This document shows positions 30,199 to 39,909 of a stretch of 64,000 nucleotides of DNA, one piece after another. The stretch comes from Phocaeicola sp. (GTDB lineage Bacteria; Bacteroidota; Bacteroidia; Bacteroidales; Bacteroidaceae). Each line of letters opens with the position of its first letter. Position 1 is the stretch's first letter. The stretch spans positions 21,245-85,244 of the forward strand of contig JBOFMR010000130.1 of assembly GCA_051658485.1 (NCBI GenBank), given 5' to 3'. The translations under genes and the position numbers were made by a program. Under the pieces are notes generated by a model. The model saw only the letters and a program-made list of their open reading frames with translations. It did no database searches and was not told the DNA's origin.

Positions 30199-31596
30199 AT
30201 GAAAAAAATAATTTTAACTTCAGTGCTGATGCTGATTCTTCCCTTTGTGGCCTTTTCGCAAAGTCAAGAGGATGATTTGTATTTTGTGCCGAAGAAGAAA
30301 AGCGAAAAAACAACTTCAAAGTCGGATAGGTCAGCTTCTACACAACAAACTGCAACGACCTATAGAGGAACACCTTCGACTGTTGTGGTAAAGGATGTGT
30401 CTGGAAAAGAAAGAGATATTGATGAGTACAATCGTCGATATACCTCTCGTGATAATAACTTTGTAGTAGAAGACGATGTACTTTATGTAGAAGAGAAGCC
30501 TTTGGACGAAAGGGGAGAGTGGGTAAATGGGTTTGATGGCTCGCAAGATGAGTATGAGTATGCCATGCGTCTTGTACGTTTTCGCAATCCTCGTTATGCC
30601 GTTCCTGTAAGTAGTCCGCTTTATTGGGATATTATGTATGGTTCTCCTTCGTGGAACTGGAATGTCTATAGCGATGGAATGTATGCCTATGCATTTCCTA
30701 CATTCTCCAATAGACTTTGGTCTGATTGGCGTTTTGGCTATTCAGGATGGGGATTTGGATGGAACTCTTGGTATGGAGGCGGCTACTGGGGTGGCGGCTA
30801 TTGGGGAAACTCATGGGTGTATAATCACCACCATCACTATCCTGGGGGTTGTGGTTATTATAGACCAGCATACAGAGGACATGGTTACTATGGGTCAAGT
30901 GCCCGTAACCCTGGAATCCATGCAGGAAGATACAATGGAAACTATAGAGGGGGTGGACTTTCTAGGGAAAATAGCCTTTCACGAAGCAGTCGCTCCAGTG
31001 CAGTGCGTAGTTCGCAAGATAGAGTTAACCGCACGTTAAGTGATAGAACAAGAGATGCTCGTAGCTCTAGAGAGGGTACAGCAACTAGACCTTCTTCGAA
31101 TAGAGGAGGTACTACAGATAGAACAACTAGGCCATCGGTATCTGATAGAACATCTTCAGGTGGCAGAGTGGTTACTACAAGAGAGGGAAATAGCTCGGTG
31201 CGCCCTACAACTCGTCCTGCTACCAATGGTACAGAGGGTTCAACAGACCGAACTACAACAACACGTCCCTCATCGGGGAGCTATACGCGTCCTAGTTCGA
31301 CAACAGGTGTAAGATCATCTTATGATAGACCCAGTAGTACTCGTTCTGCTACAACAACTCGTAGCTCTGCTGGTAGTTCTGAAAATACTCGTTCTTACCG
31401 AACCAGTAGCGAAAACAGCAGTCGCAGCAGTAGTGTAAATTCACGTAGCAGCGAAAGCAGTTCACGCAGTAGCTCTTACGGTGGTGGAACTTCTCGTGGT
31501 TCTAGTAGTGGTGGCTCTTACAGTGGTGGCTCTTCTCGCAGCTCAAGTGGCGGTGGTGCTTCTCGTAGCAGCGGTGGAACTTCACGCGGAAGATAA
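30199..31596 (+). CDS. Secreted hypothetical protein with an aromatic/Gly-rich core and a long Ser/Arg/Gly low-complexity tail
   Basis: Signal peptide; QEDDLYFVPKK; W/Y/G-rich middle (YGGGYWGGGYWG, HHHH); ~200-aa S/R/G/T tail. Confidence 0.8.
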   Translation: MKKIILTSVLMLILPFVAFSQSQEDDLYFVPKKKSEKTTSKSDRSASTQQTATTYRGTPSTVVVKDVSGKERDIDEYNRRYTSRDNNFVVEDDVLYVEEKPLDERGEWVNGFDGSQDEYEYAMRLVRFRNPRYAVPVSSPLYWDIMYGSPSWNWNVYSDGMYAYAFPTFSNRLWSDWRFGYSGWGFGWNSWYGGGYWGGGYWGNSWVYNHHHHYPGGCGYYRPAYRGHGYYGSSARNPGIHAGRYNGNYRGGGLSRENSLSRSSRSSAVRSSQDRVNRTLSDRTRDARSSREGTATRPSSNRGGTTDRTTRPSVSDRTSSGGRVVTTREGNSSVRPTTRPATNGTEGSTDRTTTTRPSSGSYTRPSSTTGVRSSYDRPSSTRSATTTRSSAGSSENTRSYRTSSENSSRSSSVNSRSSESSSRSSSYGGGTSRGSSSGGSYSGGSSRSSSGGGASRSSGGTSRGR

Positions 31597-31841
31597 ACCT
31601 TTTTCCTTCGCTTTTTGTTTTACTTAGGGAAGGGGATAGAACTTCGATGGATATGGATTTCTATTGCACCGAGTAGGATGATTATACCCAAAGTAGTGAT
31701 GATAACCAAAGGAGTTTACTCTCTATTTTGTATGCGGAGAGTGGAGAATTTCTTGTTTTTAGAGTATATATATATGATTAGAGTCTGTTACTCTTTTGAA
31801 AAGAGAGAGAAAGCAGATGGTTGACAATAACATAAAATAAT

Positions 31842-33398
31842 ATGGCAACAAAAATATGGTTGACAGCTTGTGCAGCAATGGCATTCTCAGTCGCAGTAGG
31901 TCAAAATCAATATGATGCAGAACGCATGATAGGTCATGAGTTGAATGGTACAGCGCGTTTTGTAGGAATGGGTGGAGCAATGAGTGCCTTGGGAGGCGAT
32001 ATGTCGGTTATGGGAACAAATCCCGCGGGTATAGGTCTCTATCGTAGTAGCGATGCTGCAGTCTCTTTTGGCTTTCACAATCGGAGTACTAAAAGCAATT
32101 TTAATGGAACATCGATGAGTGAAAAAGAGACCAAGGCATCTTTTGACCAAGCAGGCTTTGTCTTTTCAATGAAATATGGAAATAATACTTCGCTGCGCTA
32201 TATGAACTTTGGGTTCAACTATAAAAAGAGCAAAGATTTTAGTCAACTCTTTTCAGCAGGTGGCGATTTAGATGGTTACTCGCAAAGTTGGCAGATAGTA
32301 AACAGTTTAAAATCATCGGAACAACTTGATACTTCTGTTGATTTCGATAAAATATGGGGTAAGAATCCTTATCGAAATTATTATAATGAAATTGGTTTGT
32401 TAGGTATAATGGCTGCACGTACAGGTGTGGTTGATTCCTACGATAATGAAATTTACGGTTTATATGGAACTCAAAATAAATTCCATAGTGAGGAGTCAGG
32501 TGGTATCTATCAGTACGATTTCAATATGGCTTTTAATATTGAAGATCGTTTCTATCTAGGAGCAACCTTGGGTTATTACGATCTTGACTATAGATTAACA
32601 TCCTCTTATGAAGAGCTTGTAGCGTGGGGTGTCAGTGAAAGAAAATATCGATTGGATAATTATTACAGACAGACTGGAGGTGGTATTGATTTTAAGTTAG
32701 GCTTTATTTTGCGTCCTTTTGAAAATGATCCTTTCCGTTTAGGTTTTGCTGTTCATACCCCTACTTGGTACAATATACGAGAGAGTTATGATGCGGTTAT
32801 GTCATCAAATATATCTAAAGAATACTTTCCTGAGGAGCGCTTAAGTAATTATTTAAATGATGATTACCTTATTTATGATTACAATTTAATCACCCCTTGG
32901 AAATTTAATGTAAGTATGGGAACGACTTTGGGTGGAATTGTAGCATTGGGTGCTGAGTGGGAATATCAAGATTACTCAACAGCTAAGTTCAAGGATACAG
33001 ATGGTTATAATTTGCCAGGTAGTAATTCGGAAGTGAAACAGTTCTTGAAAGGTGTTCATACCTTGCGTGTAGGTATGGAATCACGTTTAGGAGATTCGGG
33101 CATGAGTTTACGTGCTGGATATAACTATTCGACAGCTTCCTTTAAAAGTGACTCGGATAACTTTTTGGCAAACTATTCGACTCGTACAGACTATATGAAT
33201 AGCAAAGAGAAACAAACAATAACTTTTGGATTAGGCTATAAAGGACGTTTGATTTATGCTGATTTAGCTTACAAGTATGATGTGTATAAATCGGAATTTT
33301 CACCATTTACGGATTCTTTCGATGGTGTTAAACTGTCACCGACAAAGGTAGATAACGAACGTCATCAAATGGTATTTACCTTGGGTGCTCGCTTCTAA
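31842..33398 (+). CDS. OmpP1/FadL-family outer-membrane beta-barrel
   Basis: Signal peptide; GTARFVGMGGAMSALGGD...NPAGIG hatch motif; C-terminal Phe (LGARF). Confidence 0.88.
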   Translation: MATKIWLTACAAMAFSVAVGQNQYDAERMIGHELNGTARFVGMGGAMSALGGDMSVMGTNPAGIGLYRSSDAAVSFGFHNRSTKSNFNGTSMSEKETKASFDQAGFVFSMKYGNNTSLRYMNFGFNYKKSKDFSQLFSAGGDLDGYSQSWQIVNSLKSSEQLDTSVDFDKIWGKNPYRNYYNEIGLLGIMAARTGVVDSYDNEIYGLYGTQNKFHSEESGGIYQYDFNMAFNIEDRFYLGATLGYYDLDYRLTSSYEELVAWGVSERKYRLDNYYRQTGGGIDFKLGFILRPFENDPFRLGFAVHTPTWYNIRESYDAVMSSNISKEYFPEERLSNYLNDDYLIYDYNLITPWKFNVSMGTTLGGIVALGAEWEYQDYSTAKFKDTDGYNLPGSNSEVKQFLKGVHTLRVGMESRLGDSGMSLRAGYNYSTASFKSDSDNFLANYSTRTDYMNSKEKQTITFGLGYKGRLIYADLAYKYDVYKSEFSPFTDSFDGVKLSPTKVDNERHQMVFTLGARF

Positions 33399-33485
33399 TC
33401 AATTTTGGTAAAATCTCCTCTTCTCGTATCTTTAAGCGAATCGTTTAGGAGAAATAGATATTTATAGTGTGTGTGTTTATATTTG

Positions 33486-33530
33486 AAATATCCCAGTCAC
33501 CTCTTTGTTATAAAGGGTGCTGGGATATTT
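33486..33530 (+). terminator. Terminator after the FadL-like gene
   Basis: AAATATCCCAG...CTGGGATATTT stem. Confidence 0.65.
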
Positions 33531-33576
33531 TTAGTAGTTGGGAGGTGCTTGCTCTATGCGATTCGTTATTGAACTA

Positions 33577-33760
33577 TATTGCTGTCCGATAAAACTTAAT
33601 GCCTTTAGAAAGTCACTTGATTTCCCTATGATCGAATCTAATAGAGAGCAAATAAGCTTCAATTTAGGTCTGTTTTATTGAGCTTATCAAAAAACAATTA
33701 GCTAGTGAAAAGAGAAGCTCTTTTTAAAGGAGTCTTATCAATCAAGAGGTTGATGATCAG
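33577..33760 (+). repeat. Dispersed ~180-bp intergenic repeat, near-full copy
   Basis: TATTGCTGTCCGATAAAACTTAATGCCTTTAGAAAG...TAGAGAGCAAATAAGCTTCAATTTAGG...AAAAGAGAAGCTC...CTTATCAATC. Confidence 0.8.
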
Positions 33761-33845
33761 ATAATACGGTGGTTTGTTTCCTTTTTACCAGACTACAATA
33801 TTATTGAGTGATCATCTGTAACAAATGGCTAAAGCTGTTGATGTT

Positions 33846-34835
33846 CTACAGTTTGTTTAGTATTCTATCCATAACCCAATTGGTTGGAGTAGCACTAATA
33901 CCATCGCATGAACAGACTGACTTTCCTTGTAGGTGCTCTACTACCGATTTAATAAGCGGAAGCTGTACATGTTTGGGATTGGGTGGAAGAATCTCCTCTC
34001 GTCCTCGTTCGGTGTGCAAAGCAATGGGGTCGAATGTAAAAATAGAGAAACAGATCATCCCCTTGTCTCCAATAATCTCTATTCGGTCCTCCTTAGCAGA
34101 TTCGTGAGCAACAAAGCACCACGACCCCGATCCAGGTAGTCCTGATTCAAATGTAAAACAGGCACTTACTGAGTCTTCAGCGGCATAGAGCCCGCCACGG
34201 TTGGCTAGATATCCTTCTGCCTTAAGTATACATCCAAATATATCCTGCAGCAAGTCCAATTGGTGAGGAGCTAAATCGTAAAAATAGCCACCTCCTGCTA
34301 TGTCTGGTTGAATACGCCACGGGCGGTTTATGCTGTTGTAGTCTAAGTTTCGTGGAGGCTGTGCAAAACGAATTTGAACATTAATGACATTGCCTATCTC
34401 TCCGCTCTCTACCAACTCTTTTATTTTTTGGAAATAGGGCAAGTAGCGTCTGTAGTAAGCCACAAAACAAGGTACTCCCGTTTCTTTTGAAATTCGATTG
34501 ATACGTGCACAGTCGTCGTAGCTAGCTGCCATTGGTTTTTCTATGTAGACCGGCTTTCCCGCTTTCATCGCCATGATAGCAAAAGTAGCATGTGAGGAGG
34601 GTGGCGTTGCTATGTAAATAGCATTAACATCCTCATCACCTATTAGTTGCTGTACATCGGTGTACCAGCGCGGTATGTTGTTTCTTTTGGCATACGATTG
34701 GGCTTTTTCTTTATCTCGGCTCATTACTGCGACCACTTCAGAACCTTCGATGAGGGCAAAGGCAGGACCACTTTTCTTTTCGGTAACCTCTCCGCAACCG
34801 ATAAAGCCCCATTTGATTGTTTTCAATTTCGTCAT
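33846..34835 (-). CDS. Gfo/Idh/MocA family oxidoreductase
   Basis: WGFIGCG Rossmann motif, AIYIATPP, VYIEKPMA, AGGGYFYDLAPHQLD. Confidence 0.92.
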   Translation of the reverse strand: MTKLKTIKWGFIGCGEVTEKKSGPAFALIEGSEVVAVMSRDKEKAQSYAKRNNIPRWYTDVQQLIGDEDVNAIYIATPPSSHATFAIMAMKAGKPVYIEKPMAASYDDCARINRISKETGVPCFVAYYRRYLPYFQKIKELVESGEIGNVINVQIRFAQPPRNLDYNSINRPWRIQPDIAGGGYFYDLAPHQLDLLQDIFGCILKAEGYLANRGGLYAAEDSVSACFTFESGLPGSGSWCFVAHESAKEDRIEIIGDKGMICFSIFTFDPIALHTERGREEILPPNPKHVQLPLIKSVVEHLQGKSVCSCDGISATPTNWVMDRILNKL

Positions 34836-34973
34836 ATTAACAAGGGATTTCAATTTTATGATATGCTAAGCAAAGGTACTACGCTCTATCTATTTTTACT
34901 CTATGCTAGCGGAAGTTTTTTTGAATATTCTTATATGTGCAATCTTTGTTCGAGAATTGTACGATGCCGCTAA

Positions 34974-36083
34974 TTATTGGAGACGTTTTTTGAACTCTTG
35001 TAGAGCTACTTCTTTAGCTTCTTCTCGATTTACTTTACCTGTTTCAGTTAGTGGAATCTCTTTTGTGACAAAGATCTCTTTGGGTTGCCAATAGGGGGGG
35101 AGTAGTTGTTGGCAAATAGCCTTAACCTCTTCAATCGTTGTTTGAGTGGTAAGTAGCACCATCTTATCTCCCCACTGTTTGTCAGCTATGGAGGTTATGG
35201 CAAAAGGATTTTTCAGTTTTGTTTGTAGCAAAGTTTCCACCTCTTCTACCTGTATCTTTACACCACCACTATTTAAGGTGTTGTCTTTGCGTCCTCTAAC
35301 TAAAAACTCACCCACCTCATTGAAGGAGACAATATCGTTTGTGATTAACTGCTCTTTGCAGAGTGCAGGGGCGTCGATAATGAGTTGTCCCTCTTTGTTC
35401 GTCGTGAGCTCTATGCCGGGTAGTGGTTTGTAGTTTTTTGACCGATGGGTACCATTTATTTGACGCAAGGCAATGTGAGAGAGGGTTTCGGTCATACCGT
35501 AGGTGGACCATACTTGGTGAGGGAAATTGCGTATCTCTTCCTCTATCTCGGGGTGAATGGCACCACCTCCAATGATTAACTGTTTTATTTGAGTGAGCAA
35601 CTTTCGCTCTTCAGGTTGTTGCAAAGAGTGGTGAAGCTGCATAGGAATCATAGCTGCGAAGGTTGGAGCCTCTCTTACTTCTGCTAGGGGATGTGAAGAG
35701 GGGGGAACGGTAATTAAATTGAGCGAGGCTACCAAGGCTCGAACGACCATCATCTTTCCTGCTATGTAGCGTGTAGACATACAGAGCAAGGCACTATCCA
35801 TCTCCTTTAGTTGTAGGAATTGACAGGTAGCTACAGCACTCGCCATCATTCTCCTCTTTTCTACAAGTAGACTCTTGGGACTCCCTGTTGAGCCAGAGGT
35901 TTGTACCGTTAGCGTAGGGCTTGAATCAAACCATTCGGTGAGAAATTCTGCCAATTCACCCAACTCGGGTTGCTCTTTTACCATCCGCAGGATATACTCC
36001 TGCGGATTCTTTTGGTAAGGAGCTGGGTAGTGCACTCCATTTAAGATGAGGCTTTGTGTACGAATGTTGGTTTTGTAATCCAT
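34974..36083 (-). CDS. menE: O-succinylbenzoate--CoA ligase (short Bacteroidetes form)
   Basis: QTSGSTGSPK AMP-binding loop, STYGMTET, GRKDNTLNSGGVKI, TETGK; downstream of menB and menC. Confidence 0.88.
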   Translation of the reverse strand: MDYKTNIRTQSLILNGVHYPAPYQKNPQEYILRMVKEQPELGELAEFLTEWFDSSPTLTVQTSGSTGSPKSLLVEKRRMMASAVATCQFLQLKEMDSALLCMSTRYIAGKMMVVRALVASLNLITVPPSSHPLAEVREAPTFAAMIPMQLHHSLQQPEERKLLTQIKQLIIGGGAIHPEIEEEIRNFPHQVWSTYGMTETLSHIALRQINGTHRSKNYKPLPGIELTTNKEGQLIIDAPALCKEQLITNDIVSFNEVGEFLVRGRKDNTLNSGGVKIQVEEVETLLQTKLKNPFAITSIADKQWGDKMVLLTTQTTIEEVKAICQQLLPPYWQPKEIFVTKEIPLTETGKVNREEAKEVALQEFKKRLQ

Positions 36084-36110
36084 TCAGATGCTTTTGCTTC
36101 GGTAGTAAAA

Positions 36111-36845
36111 TTAGGCTTTGTTAGCCAATAGAGCCAGCACTTCGCAATAAATGGGTAGATCTTTTTTGCGGGCTACCACCCCTTCTTGGTTGTGCATTTC
36201 GCCCAATACAGGCACGCTTAGGGTAAGAGATGCATACTCCATATCTCCGTAGCTCCATGACTCGTCTGGCTCTGCTCGGTGTATCAATGGATATTTGTAG
36301 GGTGTCAGCAGGTTGACCAATCGGTGTGCTTTCCATAGATCGATGTTTAAATCATTTTCGATGGTAAAGCTTGCATTCTCTTCCCATCCCTCTTCAGTAA
36401 CTTCAGTAACGATTACCAATTGGGGTGAACAGCCTACTTCTTGCATCTTTTCAGCCACCTCTACCGCTCCTTGTGAACCTACCTCTTCATCTCCCGTAAA
36501 GGCAATGATAACATCATCAGCAAATAGGTTGTTTCGCATGTTCTCTATTACAGCAGCATTGGTTAGGCTGTTGTCAAAGGTTCCTTTCCAAAGTGCTTCT
36601 GAAAGCTCTTGACAGAAGAGCCCGCTGTATACACAATCGATGTGCGAAGATATGAGTGTACGTACGGTTTCATCCAGTGGCTTCTTACCATAGATAAGGG
36701 CTAACTCTCCTTCGTAAAGTAGTGTATAGTCAGTATCTTCTAACCATTTTTCGATTGCTTTTAGTCGTTTTTTCTTTTTAAAACGTATTCCGTTGTCTTT
36801 GCAATCTACGGTTATCTCACTAAGGAGAGTTTCAAATTCATTCAT
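36111..36845 (-). CDS. Zn-exopeptidase superfamily (M28/M42-like) protein of unknown function
   Basis: SHIDCV, GTFDNS, FTGDEEVG, VTEVT, PDES, terminal MHNQE form a plausible bimetal ligand set. Confidence 0.6.
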   Translation of the reverse strand: MNEFETLLSEITVDCKDNGIRFKKKKRLKAIEKWLEDTDYTLLYEGELALIYGKKPLDETVRTLISSHIDCVYSGLFCQELSEALWKGTFDNSLTNAAVIENMRNNLFADDVIIAFTGDEEVGSQGAVEVAEKMQEVGCSPQLVIVTEVTEEGWEENASFTIENDLNIDLWKAHRLVNLLTPYKYPLIHRAEPDESWSYGDMEYASLTLSVPVLGEMHNQEGVVARKKDLPIYCEVLALLANKA

Positions 36846-37011
36846 ATATTTTTATTTTAGGTGCCTAAATCGAATAGGCTTATTTTATATTCAACTGGAT
36901 CTATTTTTTGTTTTCTAGTAATGTCTTAAGTTCTCAACCTTTTTTTGTACAATAGTAGAAAAGAGCTGTTTAGGATGATCCTCTCTTTTTCTTTACTTGT
37001 TAGAATGTGAA

Positions 37012-38082
37012 TTAGCGAGGAATTCCAAGCCATCTTTCAACCTCCTTTTGATTGACCTTCTGCTCTGGATGGAACCAAAGTGCATCGCCTTCTATCTGCA
37101 AAGGAAGGGGTAGATTGTCGGTAAAGAGCAAACCTGTTCCTAGTCCTTGCGGTAAGGTGGGGTGCAAGGTGGCGCACCATTGGGCTATCACGTTTAGCCC
37201 GATGTTTGATTCCAAAGCCGAGGTTACCCAAGAGTTAATACCCCTTTCGGTAGCTAGCCTTATCCACTCTTCTGATCCAAAGATACCTCCGTGTAGTGAT
37301 GGCTTTAGGATGATGAATTGGGGGCAAATGGTTTCAAGAAGTTCTATCTTTTTATCGATGGTGTCTATACCTATCAGTTCTTCGTCGAGAGCAATGGGAA
37401 GTAGAGCCTCTTGGCAAAGCCTACCCATCTCTTTCCACGACCCTGCCGCAATGGGTTGCTCAATGGAGTGAATTTTGCAGGCAGCCAACTCCTGCAAATA
37501 TCTTCTTGCTTCGGCTGGTTGAAAAGCTCCGTTAGCATCTACCCGTATCTCTAACTCTTCTGGGGTGAAATGTTGACGAATGGTTTGCAACAATTCCAAC
37601 TCCTTTTGGAACTCAATGGCTCCAATCTTTAGTTTTAGGCAGCGATATCCTGTTGCCAGTTTCTCTTCAATCCGTCTCTTCATCTCCTCAAAACTACCCA
37701 TCCAAATGAGTCCATTGATTGGTATGCCTTCCTCTCCTCGACTAAATGGAGTATCCCACAACTGCCAACTATCTGTTTGAAGTTGTCTGAATGCACTCTC
37801 CAATCCAAATAAAATAGAGGGGTAAGGTTTTAATGCAGCGTAATCTATTTGCCCACTCATAGCCGCCTTGCTGCAAAGCTCTTGCAGCAGTTCTTCGTAG
37901 TTGGGTAGATCATCGCAGCTCAATTGGGGCAACGGTGCACATTCGCCTATGCCGGTTTTACCTGTTTCTCTATCGGTTAATAGGAGGTACCACACTTTGC
38001 GTGTAGTGTAGACTCCACGTGATGTTCCAGCCGGTTGTTTAAACAGCAACTCTTTGGGGTGGATGGTTAGTTGATAGTGCAT
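37012..38082 (-). CDS. menC: O-succinylbenzoate synthase
   Basis: GECAPLPQLS, CLKLKIG, IRVDANGAF, SIEQPI, IALDEELIG, IILKPSLHGG, GLGTG. Confidence 0.92.
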   Translation of the reverse strand: MHYQLTIHPKELLFKQPAGTSRGVYTTRKVWYLLLTDRETGKTGIGECAPLPQLSCDDLPNYEELLQELCSKAAMSGQIDYAALKPYPSILFGLESAFRQLQTDSWQLWDTPFSRGEEGIPINGLIWMGSFEEMKRRIEEKLATGYRCLKLKIGAIEFQKELELLQTIRQHFTPEELEIRVDANGAFQPAEARRYLQELAACKIHSIEQPIAAGSWKEMGRLCQEALLPIALDEELIGIDTIDKKIELLETICPQFIILKPSLHGGIFGSEEWIRLATERGINSWVTSALESNIGLNVIAQWCATLHPTLPQGLGTGLLFTDNLPLPLQIEGDALWFHPEQKVNQKEVERWLGIPR

Positions 38083-38515
38083 ATGGATTGAATAAGAGAT
38101 GTTTGAACTAATCTGTAGTGTTCTTTAGTAGGATGATACAAAAACGATTTGAATAAAACGCTCTGCAGCTCATCTATCCTTTTGTACCCTATTATAGTTC
38201 CTCAATTCTTTTAGTTCCTTACGTCCGTAACCTTTTGTGTATATTGGTAATCATTTGAAATATGACATATTACAAAAACAGTTGCGGATATTAGGTTGTT
38301 GTTCTTTGACTGTTTGGCTGAGAGCTTTCTCTGCAATTCTCCGTATAATACAAAAAAAGGGATTATAAGGAGAGATAGCAAAGAGAACAGCTCTTGACCA
38401 ACTCTTGTCTGATTCCACTTGAAAAGTTCACTTTCCATTTTTATCCCCTTACAGAAATATCTGTAGGTTGTTAGTATCTGATAAAAAAGAGTTTTTCAAG
38501 TGGATTCTTTTCCCT

Positions 38516-39340
38516 TTATGGAAACTTTGGATAATCTTTAAAGCGAGGTTTCCGTTTTTCGAGAAATGCTTTTCCTCCCTCTTGTGCCTCTTCAGTCATA
38601 TAGTATAACATCGTGGCATCTCCAGCCAACTCCTGTATCCCTGCTTGTCCATCAAGTTCAGCATTTAAACCAGCTTTAATCATGCGTAGTGCTAGTGGAC
38701 TGTGCTCCATCATCTGCTCTGCCCATGCCACTGTCTCATTTTCGAGTTGTTCGAATGGAACCACTTTGTTGACGAGTCCCATATCAAGAGCCTCTTGTGC
38801 TGAATATTGTTTGCAGAGGAACCAGATCTCACGTGCTTTCTTTTGCCCTACAATGCGAGCCAAATAAGAGGATCCAAATCCTGCATCGAAGCTGCCTACT
38901 TTAGGTCCTGTTTGTCCAAAAATAGCATTCTCTGAAGCAATTGAAAGGTCGCACACCACGTGTAGTACATGTCCTCCACCAATGGCAAATCCATTTACCA
39001 TGGCAATGACCGGTTTGGGTAGTGAGCGGATTTGCTTTTGTACATCGAGCACATTTAATCGAGGTACCCCATCAGTCCCAATGTATCCGCCGTGTCCCTT
39101 TACATTCATATCTCCTCCGCTGCAAAACGCCATATCTCCTGCACCTGTAAGTATTACTACGTTGATGTCTTGGCACTCGCGGCAAAAGTGGAGTGCTTGG
39201 CTTATTTCAGTTGTTGTAGTAGGGGTGAATGCATTGCGATAGCGTGCACGGTTGATTGTTATTTTTGCTATCCCATTGTAAAATTGAAAAAGAATATCTT
39301 GATATTCTTGGATGGTTTCCCAGTTTCTTGTTGCTTCCAT
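38516..39340 (-). CDS. menB: 1,4-dihydroxy-2-naphthoyl-CoA synthase
   Basis: [53 protein letters not shown]. True start is MEATRNW at 39340. Confidence 0.96.
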   Translation of the reverse strand: MEATRNWETIQEYQDILFQFYNGIAKITINRARYRNAFTPTTTTEISQALHFCRECQDINVVILTGAGDMAFCSGGDMNVKGHGGYIGTDGVPRLNVLDVQKQIRSLPKPVIAMVNGFAIGGGHVLHVVCDLSIASENAIFGQTGPKVGSFDAGFGSSYLARIVGQKKAREIWFLCKQYSAQEALDMGLVNKVVPFEQLENETVAWAEQMMEHSPLALRMIKAGLNAELDGQAGIQELAGDATMLYYMTEEAQEGGKAFLEKRKPRFKDYPKFP

Positions 39341-39435
39341 AATTTCTTTTCCTAAAGGGTTTGTTATTGTTAGGGGGCAATCTGGTAGCGCAACGGACTC
39401 TAAACGGGTTCTGTAGTAGAATAAGATAATAAAAA

Positions 39436-39466
39436 AAGCCCATCTACAAATCCTGTAGATGGGCTT
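39436..39466 (-). terminator. Terminator after tRNA-Cys
   Basis: AAGCCCATCTACA-aatcc-TGTAGATGGGCTT with a minus-strand U-tract. Confidence 0.75.
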
Positions 39467-39472
39467 CTGATG

Positions 39473-39544
39473 AGGTTCCTGGCGGATTCGAACCGCCGTA
39501 CGCGGTTTTGCAGACCGCTGACTAAGCCACTCATCCAAGGAACC
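39473..39544 (-). tRNA. tRNA-Cys(GCA)
   Basis: Reverse complement GGTTCCTTGGATGAGTGGCTTAGTCAGCGGTCTGCAAAACCGCGTACGGCGGTTCGAATCCGCCAGGAACCT; anticodon GCA; promoter box CAAAGGTA just upstream. Confidence 0.97.
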
Positions 39545-39629
39545 AGTCTTTCAATCGTTGCGTTATTTCCCGATTGCGAGTGCAAAGGTATAGCTTTTTT
39601 TTAACTCTGCAAATGTTTTGCCTTTTTTT

Positions 39630-39824
39630 TTATTGACAAGGTCGCTTTTTACCCTTTTTCTTTCCCTTTTCGGAGTGTTCTTTTTTTAAAGAACACTCTG
39701 ACGAACAACCCTCACATGGCGATTCTCCTTTGCTTATATTCTTGAAAGAGTGGTAGATACGAACTCCTATCCACGTGATACAAGCGAAGAGAGTTGCAAA
39801 GACAATAATTTCTTGTAGGTCCAT
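39630..39824 (-). CDS. FeoB-associated Cys-rich membrane protein
   Basis: One TM helix then SPCEGCSSECSLK; directly downstream of feoB. Confidence 0.85.
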   Translation of the reverse strand: MDLQEIIVFATLFACITWIGVRIYHSFKNISKGESPCEGCSSECSLKKEHSEKGKKKGKKRPCQ

Positions 39825-39909
39825 TCTTTTTTTTTGTTTAGAGCGTTTTTTTATGTCCCGTTGAAGTGAATCAACACTTTCTTGGTATAGACTCTTTCAC
39901 GCGTGCTTT

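Noticed and set aside
38211-38438. 75-aa ORF between menB and menC
   Set aside because: No recognisable motif, non-ATG-like context and AT-rich spacer composition; cannot be supported as a gene.
39341-39538. N-terminal extension of menB in the ORF track
   Set aside because: It runs through tRNA-Cys and its terminator. The MenB-like sequence starts at ATG 39340.
39473-39544. tRNA-Cys as an island integration site
   Set aside because: Flanked by housekeeping genes (menB, feo), with no att-like duplication or integrase.
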